Shown here: piece by piece, positions 1 to 7,643 of the stretch | Layout of the letters: every line of letters begins with the position of its first letter | Numbering within the stretch: the stretch's first letter is position 1 | IMG/VR virus record: IMGVR_UViG_3300022876_000006 | Coordinates: 1 to 52,293 of that record | Origin: a virus | Lineage: Duplodnaviria > Caudoviricetes | Direction: 5' to 3' (one strand) | Length of the DNA stretch: 52,293 bases | Made by a program: the position numbers and the translations under genes | The notes under the pieces: generated by a model | The model's input: only the letters and a program-made list of their open reading frames with translations | What the model was told of the DNA's origin: nothing | Database searches by the model: none

Positions 1-38
1 GTGTTTCATTCAGGTATTATGGCGCCCGCAACGCAAAC

Positions 39-126
39 GGAGGTGTGGCCGAGTGGTTTAAGGCAACGGTCTTGAAAACCGTCGACTGTAACAGGTCCAT
101 GAGTTCGAATCCCATCGCCTCCGCCA
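39..126 (+). tRNA. tRNA-Ser (anticodon TGA), integration target
   Basis: GGAGGTG/CGCCTCC acceptor stem, D-loop AGTGGTTTAA, anticodon arm ACGGT-CTTGAAA-ACCGT, long variable arm, TTCGAAT T-loop, 3' GCCA. Confidence 0.95.
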
Positions 127-174
127 TTTTATGTACGACAAAGCCCTGATTATTCAGGGCTTTGTCGTTTCTGG
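67..174 (+). repeat. Left att junction (tRNA 3' part plus terminator)
   Basis: Matches 52170-52277 except t128 vs c52231; first 61 bp identical. Confidence 0.95.
135..170 (+). terminator. Rho-independent terminator of tRNA-Ser
   Basis: ACGACAAAGCCCTGA-TTAT-TCAGGGCTTTGTCGT-TT perfect hairpin. Confidence 0.8.
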
Positions 175-205
175 CGCTCACGAAAACTTTTGCCTTTCGG
201 TATGT

Positions 206-239
206 GTTCCATAACTTTTGTGGACGCGTTCCATAACTC
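206..239 (+). repeat. Putative integrase arm-type sites (GTTCCATAACT x2)
   Basis: Direct repeats at 206-216 and 228-238; third copy at 52057-52067 next to the other att junction. Confidence 0.7.
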
Positions 240-336
240 GATCGAATTTTCCCCTCTCCGGCGTCCTGCCAATCGTTAAAACACTCTTCATGTAACACGG
301 TGCTACGCTGATGCCTTGGCTGCCAAGGAAACCAAA

Positions 337-546
337 ATGCCCAACTCCGACCTGCTCCCTCCCCTACTCTTCAAGATCAACGAAAACCAGCTCGCGCTCG
401 AAGCCGCCATCATGGAACTGTCCAACTGGGTCGAGCAGCGCGGATCGGCTGATGTCGCCGAGAACGTCCGCGGCGCTCTCTGGACGATCGACAAAAACGA
501 AGAGTTCATCAAGATGACCCTGGCGGTTTTGATGGCGCCCGACTGA
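337..546 (+). CDS. Small hypothetical protein
   Basis: ORF MPNSDLL..., AAGGA SD upstream, coiled-coil-like sequence. Confidence 0.7.
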   Translation: MPNSDLLPPLLFKINENQLALEAAIMELSNWVEQRGSADVAENVRGALWTIDKNEEFIKMTLAVLMAPD

Positions 547-589
547 CAGCTCGTCGCCTCACCCTCGCCCACGTTATCCGTCTCGATTA

Positions 590-605
590 CTGTACATGCA
601 TACAG
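590..605. promoter_or_regulatory. LexA (SOS) box
   Basis: CTGTACATGCATACAG matches CTGT-N8-ACAG with alternating AT-rich spacer and a 5' TA flank. Confidence 0.85.
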
Positions 606-629
606 CTTTTGTACAGCGAATCTCTTTCC

Positions 630-1355
630 ATGAATTTCGATCAAGCCAAATCTCTCCGGTTCCAGCAATGGCGCGCGACTCTCGACGACCAGGACTTTCG
701 CATGCAGAACCCGGAGGCACACCGGGAAACGCTTCATCAAATGGCGGCCGCCTTGCATACAGAGGGACTGATCGACCAGCTTGAGCAGTTCGATATGAAC
801 GAGATGGCAGACGCTGCCTACTGGCATTCTGTTGAGGAGCTGCAAAACTCGCCGGGCCAGTACCGAGGAGCGTCGACCTACGATGTCGTTCAGATCGACA
901 CCGGGAGGCTGCTTGGCAAAATCAACCGGTCGATATTCAACTTCGAAAGCGACGAACCACGCGGCGCCTCCTTTACCTACGACGGCAAGGTTTACTCTGG
1001 CGCAGACGGTGTGCGGCTGACCTTGGGGCTTTCCCGAAACATTGGGAAAATCTCAGGCCTGATGCTGGAATTGAACGGGCGCCTGCATCAGCTGGTTGAA
1101 ACCGAACGAGTCGTTCGCGGTGTTGATTTCAAGCCAATGGATGATCCAGACGCTTACCGCGCTCTGGTTGATGTTGCGCAAATCGCCCAGGAAGAGCGCG
1201 ACCTACACGTCTTTGAAAAGGTGCGCCCTCACATCGAGTCGGCGGTTTTTTGCATGTGCCCCACCTGCCTCGATCGATTTGATGCGCGCGATGACTGCCC
1301 AACTTGCATCGGAAAAGGTTTTGTGACGAAGACGGCACCGGCGGGTCTACGCTGA
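630..1355 (+). CDS. Hypothetical protein with C-terminal CxxC...CxxCxGxG zinc-finger-like motif, SOS-regulated
   Basis: ORF directly after the LexA box; CMCPTC...CPTCIGKG; start uncertain (609 or 630). Confidence 0.75.
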   Translation: MNFDQAKSLRFQQWRATLDDQDFRMQNPEAHRETLHQMAAALHTEGLIDQLEQFDMNEMADAAYWHSVEELQNSPGQYRGASTYDVVQIDTGRLLGKINRSIFNFESDEPRGASFTYDGKVYSGADGVRLTLGLSRNIGKISGLMLELNGRLHQLVETERVVRGVDFKPMDDPDAYRALVDVAQIAQEERDLHVFEKVRPHIESAVFCMCPTCLDRFDARDDCPTCIGKGFVTKTAPAGLR

Positions 1356-1378
1356 AGGAACCATGCGAGGAACGGGCA

Positions 1379-2059
1379 ATGTGTGGACGACTAACACAGT
1401 ACAGCGGCATTCACGACTTCGTGGCGGCGCTGAGCATGCCGAATGCCCTGATCAACACGACCGGAGAGCAGCCCTTAGAGCGGTATAACGCCGCGCCGAC
1501 CGCTCAACTCGCTCTCTTTCACCAGGAGGGACAATTCCTGCACGCGGACATGGTTCGGTGGGGATGGCGACCACACTGGGCGAAGGATCGCGCCGCGCCG
1601 ATCAACGCTCGAGTGGAGAAAGTCGCCCACGGCCCGTTCTTCCGTGCCATCTGGCCGCACCGGGCGATCATCGCCATCAACAACTGGTTCGAGTGGGTCG
1701 ACGAAGGTGGGCCGAAAAAGCAGCCCTACCTGATCCGGCACCGGGACGGCTCCCCGATTCTGTGTGCTGCCATCGGCCAATACCCGAACGAGGAGCACGG
1801 GCCAGGCGAGCATGATGGCTTCGTGATCATCACAGCCGACAGCGCCGGGGGCATGGTCGATATCCACGACCGGCGGCCGGTAGCACTGTCACCGGAGCGG
1901 GCTCGGGAATGGCTGGACCCGGCCACGCCGAAAGAGCGCGCCGAGCAAATGGTGCTGCACCAGGGCGAGCCGACAGATGTGTTCGAGTGGTACAAGGTTG
2001 ACCGGGCCGTGGGGAACGTCCGGAATCAGGGCCCCGACCTGATCAAGCCGATCAAATGA
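1379..2059 (+). CDS. SOS response-associated peptidase (SRAP/YedK/HMCES family), abasic-site protection
   Basis: N-terminal MCGR, RYNAAPT, RWG, INARVE, FEW, IHDRRPV, VGNVRN motifs. Confidence 0.93.
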   Translation: MCGRLTQYSGIHDFVAALSMPNALINTTGEQPLERYNAAPTAQLALFHQEGQFLHADMVRWGWRPHWAKDRAAPINARVEKVAHGPFFRAIWPHRAIIAINNWFEWVDEGGPKKQPYLIRHRDGSPILCAAIGQYPNEEHGPGEHDGFVIITADSAGGMVDIHDRRPVALSPERAREWLDPATPKERAEQMVLHQGEPTDVFEWYKVDRAVGNVRNQGPDLIKPIK

Positions 2060-2060
2060 C

Positions 2061-2300
2061 TCAAACCTGCGTCAGCGTTTTCAGGCGCTCGACCAGGGCG
2101 GCTTCGAAAATGATGTACAGCCTTTCAGCATCTCCGGAACGCAAAGCCCCGCCGGTTTCCAGCCCCAGCACGAAGCCATCCGCCCGCGCGCCCGCCTTCA
2201 CCGCGATGATCATCGAATCAGCCCGGACAATCTGCGCCAGCAGCCGGTCCGCCTCCCGCTGCATCTTCTCGCTCAGCACCACACCTTCCACGTCAGCCAC
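2061..2300 (-). CDS. Hypothetical protein
   Basis: 79-aa ORF convergent with SRAP, GTG start with SD. Confidence 0.7.
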   Translation of the reverse strand: MADVEGVVLSEKMQREADRLLAQIVRADSMIIAVKAGARADGFVLGLETGGALRSGDAERLYIIFEAALVERLKTLTQV

Positions 2301-2312
2301 CTATTACCTTCA

Positions 2313-2399
2313 CTACGACATCCAATAAATGACAGAAAGGACGACTGCAACCCAGATAATAGTCATCACAATCGAGTAGCCAGCCAATTGCTTGTCCAT
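2313..2399 (-). CDS. 28-aa single-TM micropeptide (not in ORF track)
   Basis: Translated by hand: MDKQLAGYSIVMTIIWVAVVLSVIYWMS*, ends just before the next gene's SD. Confidence 0.55.
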   Translation of the reverse strand: MDKQLAGYSIVMTIIWVAVVLSVIYWMS

Positions 2400-2610
2400 G
2401 CGCACCGTTCACACCGTTCGAATCAGAATGATGGTTCACCCTCCCCGGTTCTGCAACACAAGCGCTGTGACATCAGGGCCACGGCCAGGAGCCCGAGCAA
2501 TCGAACTCAAGCAATTTTGTTATTTCATCCGACCGCCGGAATCCCGCCGGAGATCGTTACGTGTTACAAAATAGTTACAGTTGCCTCGATCTCTACAACA
2601 GGTATTTGAC

Positions 2611-3018
2611 ATGGATGTTATGCACATGATCTCGATCATCAGCTTGGACTTGTTGTTCGCCTGGATTGGAGCATTGTTGCTCGGCGTGTGCAGCCAGGGA
2701 GTTCATGCTTACCGAAGCTGGGTCAACGATGATTCATCTCCAGTTCCACGCAATCCAGTGCTGGTTCGAGTATTGGATTTTTTTGCGCTCAATCACGGGG
2801 ACAGGCTTTCCCACAGCCTGATAATCACCTGCTCCATCATCGCTTGGCCGATTGGGCTCGTAATTTTCTTTCCTGCGCTGCTGATGCTTCGTGCAAAGAA
2901 ACGCAAGCGCGAGGAGCGCCCAAGCCTCACCAACGACGAACCACCTCATCTCTTCGATGACAAGCTTGCTGGCCAGCCTTCTAAAACGGCGAGCATGCGG
3001 GAGGCAATCAGCAGCTGA
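2611..3018 (+). CDS. Hypothetical two-TM membrane protein (moron)
   Basis: Two hydrophobic segments followed by a basic RAKKRKR stretch; opposite strand to the lysis genes. Confidence 0.55.
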   Translation: MDVMHMISIISLDLLFAWIGALLLGVCSQGVHAYRSWVNDDSSPVPRNPVLVRVLDFFALNHGDRLSHSLIITCSIIAWPIGLVIFFPALLMLRAKKRKREERPSLTNDEPPHLFDDKLAGQPSKTASMREAISS

Positions 3019-3046
3019 TCCGCGCATTCTGGAAAGGCCCTCGAAC

Positions 3047-3568
3047 CTATTCAGAATTCTTCGGTTCGAGCGCCCGTATGTAGGCCTGGCACGCCTGCAG
3101 CGCGATCAGCCCCCGGTCGCCATCATCGGTGATGGCGACAATTCGTTGAGCATGCGCCGGGTCAAGTCGGGCTCGTACGGCTGCATGATCCACGCCGCTG
3201 GCTCCGGCGGTGGCTGGCACACGGCAGCCCTTGGCAACGTCTGTTGCGTCGAGGAGGACTGACAACCGCAGATCAGCGGTAGCAAGGCGATCGCGCAGCA
3301 GAGCCTGGTCTTTTTGTGCATGGGTCATCTTCTCGAAGTGGGTTTTCTCGCTAGCCGCCAGCCGATGTTCCAGGGCCAGGCGCTTGTCCTGCTCGGCCTG
3401 CTGGGCGGTCGCGGCTGCCTGGTTCAGTTGGCTGATGGCGTCGGCGTGCTGCTGGGCTTGCTCGGCCAACTGCTTCCCGTAGCGCCAGTCCTGGAACTGC
3501 CAGGCACTGCCGGCACCGATCAGCACCAGCGCCAGCGCGCCGATCACTCGCCACGGCACGGCAATCAC
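3047..3568 (-). CDS. Rz-like inner-membrane spanin
   Basis: N-terminal TM, WQFQDWRYG, coiled coil, C-terminal LQACQAYI; overlaps endolysin stop. Confidence 0.88.
   Translation of the reverse strand: MIAVPWRVIGALALVLIGAGSAWQFQDWRYGKQLAEQAQQHADAISQLNQAAATAQQAEQDKRLALEHRLAASEKTHFEKMTHAQKDQALLRDRLATADLRLSVLLDATDVAKGCRVPATAGASGVDHAAVRARLDPAHAQRIVAITDDGDRGLIALQACQAYIRALEPKNSE
3106..3321 (-). CDS. Rz1-like outer-membrane lipoprotein spanin embedded in Rz
   Basis: Lipobox LICGC, Pro-rich CQPPPEPAAWIMQP, nested in an alternate frame. Confidence 0.8.
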   Translation of the reverse strand: MHKKTRLCCAIALLPLICGCQSSSTQQTLPRAAVCQPPPEPAAWIMQPYEPDLTRRMLNELSPSPMMATGG

Positions 3569-4113
3569 GCCAGCACCTTCAGCGCTTTTTCGTAGAACGC
3601 CGCGCGCTCAGCGGCTCCGTTTGGCACCCGTCCGCGCCGGCCGGTGTTGATGATGCTGCCGATGTTCGCGTTATCGCCGACATCAGCCAGGGTGTTCAAG
3701 CCGTTGATTCCCCAGAACCAGGCCGCCGACATCGCGGCATGCTGCGGCAGCTCCAGCAGTTCCGGGTGGCTGATCAGGTCCAGGTCCAGGGCCTCGCCGC
3801 ACGCTGCGTAGTTCGCCCGGCCGGTGACCTGAATCAGCCCGCGGCCGCGGTACTTGAAGCCATCGCCGGCGACGACATTGCCCAGGTCTTTGCGCCCCTC
3901 ATAACCGCGCTGGGCGGCGGTCGGCCCCCAGATCTCGCGCACATAGACCAGTTGGCCGGATTCGTGGCCAATCTGGGCGATGAACGCCGCAACGCGCTTG
4001 TTGCCGACAATCTGGTACTGCTGCATCGCCGTGTTCAGGGCGGGTACAAAAACGCCGGCTTTGGTGCCGGCGTTCGGGAGGATCTGCAGCAACTGCTGCT
4101 GAGTAATGGGCAT
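3565..4113 (-). CDS. Endolysin, glycoside hydrolase family 19
   Basis: AAFIAQIGHESG, YRGRGLIQVTGRANY, SAAWFW motifs. Confidence 0.93.
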   Translation of the reverse strand: MPITQQQLLQILPNAGTKAGVFVPALNTAMQQYQIVGNKRVAAFIAQIGHESGQLVYVREIWGPTAAQRGYEGRKDLGNVVAGDGFKYRGRGLIQVTGRANYAACGEALDLDLISHPELLELPQHAAMSAAWFWGINGLNTLADVGDNANIGSIINTGRRGRVPNGAAERAAFYEKALKVLA

Positions 4114-4260
4114 GGGTGTTCTCCAGGCAAAAAAAATCCCGCTCGATGGCGGGTATTCGGTTTGGATCAGAAAACGGTAGGTCACACAGACCAGTCCACA
4201 CAGACGGTATTTTCAGTTGTAGAATCGGCTCCTTTTTTCCAGCAAGAGCGCAAAAGCAAG

Positions 4261-5391
4261 ATGACGCACGTACCAATCGATAACAAAAACACTGACATCG
4301 AGGTTCTGCGTGCCTATGCCATCGCTATCACAGTTATTGCGCACCTCAACATTCTGATCCCTCAATGGTATGGGGTAACCGCGTACTTCTGGCTCGGAGG
4401 CGGAGTAGACCTTTTCTTTTGTATATCCGGCTTCTTAATTGCCGGAACATTAATGAGAAGTTCACAGAGCATTGGGTTCGTACGCTATGCATCTTCATTT
4501 CTTGTAAAACGCGCATTCCGCTTGTGGCCAGCAGCGATTCTATGGGCCACCGTAACCCTCTTCATCTCTGAATCGTTTGATGTTGCGAGAACTTTCGGGC
4601 CTCAAGACTTAGTACTGCAATCATGGATTTACGGAATTCTCAACATTGAGAATATCCACATTTGGATGATCGGAAACGCAGAACACCCTACACCGATTTG
4701 GCATTATTGGAGTCTCTCACTTGAAGAGCAATTTTACTTATTGCTTCCGGCAACACTGTACTTTGTCAAAGATAAGAGATTCTTAATTGCTCCGATTCTG
4801 GCTTTCGCGCTCTATCAGACGCTCACTATCAGACCTTGGGGCACTATATGGTGGTTCACTCGCAGTGACGCCTTGTTGTATGGAGTGACGATCGCCATAT
4901 TATGGCAATACTATCCAGATCAAATACGCAATTTCTTTATTGGGAGACGAAAAAGTTCTTTGACCATCTTGATGGTTATATTGCTACCACTTCCCGTCCT
5001 ACTTTCAAAGACCAGCTGGTCACCTTACTACATGGGACTTGTTTCGATTTCTGCCACTTCATTAATTCTGTTGGCTTCCGCAAATCTCAGCTTGCTTGGA
5101 AGACAAGGAAAGCTCCACGCAGCCGCTATGTACATTGGCTCAAGATCCTATTCTATATACCTTATTCACAACCCTGTGTTCGCTATTACAAGAGAGCTGA
5201 TACTGCAGCTGGAAATATCCGAATTACAAAGCAAGGGCTCCACGCTTATGGCGCTTATAGCCGCCATGACGGCGACAATAGTGATCTCAGAATTTTCCTA
5301 TCGACTGATCGAAACACCGTTGAGAATTTATGGTGCTCGGTTATCCATAGAAAGGTTAAAGCGTGCTCCAGTCGTCCCGCTCCAGCCGTAG
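4261..5391 (+). CDS. Membrane O-acyltransferase (Acyltransferase_3/OafA-like), probable LPS/O-antigen acetylase
   Basis: IEVLRAYAI, GVDLFFCISGFLI, KRAFRLWP, HYWSLSLEEQFY, IGSRSYSIYLIH, SYRLIETP; low GC, antisense to late operon. Confidence 0.92.
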   Translation: MTHVPIDNKNTDIEVLRAYAIAITVIAHLNILIPQWYGVTAYFWLGGGVDLFFCISGFLIAGTLMRSSQSIGFVRYASSFLVKRAFRLWPAAILWATVTLFISESFDVARTFGPQDLVLQSWIYGILNIENIHIWMIGNAEHPTPIWHYWSLSLEEQFYLLLPATLYFVKDKRFLIAPILAFALYQTLTIRPWGTIWWFTRSDALLYGVTIAILWQYYPDQIRNFFIGRRKSSLTILMVILLPLPVLLSKTSWSPYYMGLVSISATSLILLASANLSLLGRQGKLHAAAMYIGSRSYSIYLIHNPVFAITRELILQLEISELQSKGSTLMALIAAMTATIVISEFSYRLIETPLRIYGARLSIERLKRAPVVPLQP

Positions 5392-5460
5392 TAGTGGAGC
5401 AAAATAGGCAGAAAGAATCGAGATTAGACCGGAAACCCTGGTACTCGCGAACCTCTCGGT

Positions 5461-5519
5461 AGGATCTGCAGCAGCTGCTGAGTGATGGACATAGGCGTTC
5501 TCCAGGCAAAATCCCGCTC
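5461..5519 (-). pseudogene. Degenerate duplicate of the endolysin 5' end and leader
   Basis: Similar to 4079-4144; encodes MSITQQLLQILP vs MPITQQQLLQILP. Confidence 0.75.
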
Positions 5520-5536
5520 AAGAAAGGGTTGCGGGT

Positions 5537-5947
5537 TCATGGGGAATTTTCCTCAGGCGGGGCAACGGGCCAGTTGATGCTGTCAGGCCACCCTGCCTGG
5601 TCAGGTAGGCGGTTCAGCTCAACGCGGTATTTCTTCCAGGCCTTGAGCAGAGCAATGTCAGCGGTCGTTGCGTCGTCGATGTCGACTGCGTCCTGCAACG
5701 GCGGTATTGCATAGTCAGCAATTGCGCGGCGGCGCGCGCACTCAGCCACCGCCACGGCAACAGGGTCCACTGGCGCTGGCTCGATTGGTGGCTCTTCGGC
5801 GGCTGGGCCGACGCTGAATCCCCCGCTGATGGTCACGACCAGGCCGGCCACCATCCCCTCAATCGCAGCGGCGTACTGCGCATCCGAAATTTCAATCCCG
5901 CCAACCAGTGGGTCCTGGCTGATCTGCCCGTCAATGGCGTACGGCAT
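5537..5947 (-). CDS. Tail fiber assembly chaperone (Tfa-like)
   Basis: PLQDAVDID...LKAWKKYRVELNRL...INWPVAP. Confidence 0.88.
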   Translation of the reverse strand: MPYAIDGQISQDPLVGGIEISDAQYAAAIEGMVAGLVVTISGGFSVGPAAEEPPIEPAPVDPVAVAVAECARRRAIADYAIPPLQDAVDIDDATTADIALLKAWKKYRVELNRLPDQAGWPDSINWPVAPPEENSP

Positions 5948-6612
5948 TATTTGACCCTCATGTAAAAGGTTGCGCCAATGGACTTCGCCCGAGTTTCAGT
6001 CGAAACCCTCGGTGAACCGTTGGCACCGTTGATGATGGGCACACCGATGGCCAGGTCGTTACCGGTTGTGCCCGTCGAGGAACGAATTCCAAAACCGTTG
6101 CTGCTGGCACCGGCGTCATAACCCACACCCGTGGCGCCGCTGTCCGCGATAGCACCGGGGGTGCCGACGGTCTGTCGATGACCGTGGCCCTGCAGCGCAT
6201 CTTGCTCAGCAGTGCCTGACGCGCCCGCACGAATCACCCGGCGCTCGGTGTTGATCAGGCTGATGAACGCGCCATTGATCGGGCTCCCAGCCAAGGACAG
6301 TGTTGCCGTCGCCACAACCAGCGGGGCCGAGCCGGAAACGGACTCCCCCGTCAGCAACCCGGCGTTGTACGAATCCGAGGCAGTGAGCTTGATGTAGCGG
6401 TAGGCATTGCCGGTGGGCGGCGCCGCGCCGCCGTAATGGTCGTAGACCGGGATGGGCACGCCAATGGGCTGGAGCGCCCAGGGATCGGCGCTACCATCAA
6501 ACTTTGCATACAGCTCGTCGAAGTTCGACTGGGTCTTGACGAAGGCGCTGCGCGGCGTATCGCCGCCCGCCCCCGTAGGCACAGTGCCGAGGTTAATCGT
6601 CTGTTTTGACAT
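5947..6612 (-). CDS. Short tail fiber protein
   Basis: N-terminal INLGTVPTGAGGDTPRSAF; QDALQGHGH and ETRAKSIG tail-collar-like motifs. Confidence 0.75.
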   Translation of the reverse strand: MSKQTINLGTVPTGAGGDTPRSAFVKTQSNFDELYAKFDGSADPWALQPIGVPIPVYDHYGGAAPPTGNAYRYIKLTASDSYNAGLLTGESVSGSAPLVVATATLSLAGSPINGAFISLINTERRVIRAGASGTAEQDALQGHGHRQTVGTPGAIADSGATGVGYDAGASSNGFGIRSSTGTTGNDLAIGVPIINGANGSPRVSTETRAKSIGATFYMRVK

Positions 6613-6654
6613 GGTTTTTCCCGTGATGAAGCGACGTCGCCATAGTTGAAACTG

Positions 6655-7320
6655 CTAGGCGACGGGCTTGGCGAAGACAGCAGGCAGTGAAAAGCTGAAC
6701 GGGTTGTTCAGCGCAGAAGTGGTGAACCAGAGCTGAGAAGCGGCGAAGTCGTAGGTGATCCCTGTTCCCCTTCCCACGTTGTCGCCGGACAACATCCGCA
6801 TCCCCGCGTTGTTGATCATCAAATACTCATCAGCCGAAGTGCTGAACGGTGATGAATACCAGTTCGTGTAGAAGCCTTGCGCGTCCTGGGTCGACTTCAC
6901 ATATGTCCAATTCTGATAAAACCGAGTGAACACAGCGGCCTGCTTTCCGCTGTCGAACAGGAGCTTTGAGGCCCCATCCCACAATCGAAGCCCGAACGAA
7001 GCGGTTGGAGTTGGTGCAAACCCGCCGATAAAGTATTTGCCGTTCGGGGCATAGTTGGTTGGGCCAGTGATATTGATGCCTGTCCAATTCCCAGCAGAAC
7101 CGAGGATGCTGCACCCAATTGTGACCAAGCCTCCGTTGTTGTTAGGTCTGAGGAATACCAGCGGCGGCTCTTGCGTGGTAATTACAGGATTGAAGCTGAT
7201 CGTCGCGCTGCCGGCGCCGCCTGAGTAGGTCCCAATCTGGAGAACGCACAGCCTGGAGTACTCCGAGTCGATACTGATCACTCCAGCATCATTTACAACC
7301 GAAAGACCAAATCCGGGCAT
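6655..7320 (-). CDS. Minor tail protein
   Basis: Position after J; FGL..N/FGLRLWD repeated motif typical of siphophage tail-tip proteins. Confidence 0.7.
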   Translation of the reverse strand: MPGFGLSVVNDAGVISIDSEYSRLCVLQIGTYSGGAGSATISFNPVITTQEPPLVFLRPNNNGGLVTIGCSILGSAGNWTGINITGPTNYAPNGKYFIGGFAPTPTASFGLRLWDGASKLLFDSGKQAAVFTRFYQNWTYVKSTQDAQGFYTNWYSSPFSTSADEYLMINNAGMRMLSGDNVGRGTGITYDFAASQLWFTTSALNNPFSFSLPAVFAKPVA

Positions 7321-7643
7321 CAGTACCACCTCATAACGATCAATCGCATGGTGCTGTGGGAAAACATCGCCCCCGCGTACCCGTTGATGTAGTTCCTGAC
7401 ATTGACAACGCCATCTAATACTTCAGTTTCCAGCTGACGATCATCCGCAGCTGCTGCGCCTATTGGGAGAACCATTGCGACAGCGTTATTTGCGTTACAT
7501 CCGGGCGCAGAGAATTGCTGAGTGCTCTTTCCTGCTGCGCCCGCGAATGACACCAGAGAAGACAGGACGATTCGCCAAGTCGCCGTATCCGTGTTGAATT
7601 GGAGAGTCCCATCGCCACCCCAGATCCTTAGTCCATGGCTCAT
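7320..7643 (-). CDS. Minor tail protein
   Basis: HGLRIWGGDG motif, translationally coupled to J. Confidence 0.7.
   Translation of the reverse strand: MSHGLRIWGGDGTLQFNTDTATWRIVLSSLVSFAGAAGKSTQQFSAPGCNANNAVAMVLPIGAAAADDRQLETEVLDGVVNVRNYINGYAGAMFSHSTMRLIVMRWY

Noticed and set aside
99-115. A-C mismatch in the tRNA T-stem as phage-induced damage
   Set aside because: Identical in both att copies, so not introduced by integration
17-298. 93-aa minus-strand ORF (and the similar ORF at 51993-52244)
   Set aside because: Antisense translation of the tRNA/att repeat
3739-4260. N-terminal extension making a 550-aa acyltransferase
   Set aside because: Antisense to the endolysin; family motifs begin only after Met at 4261
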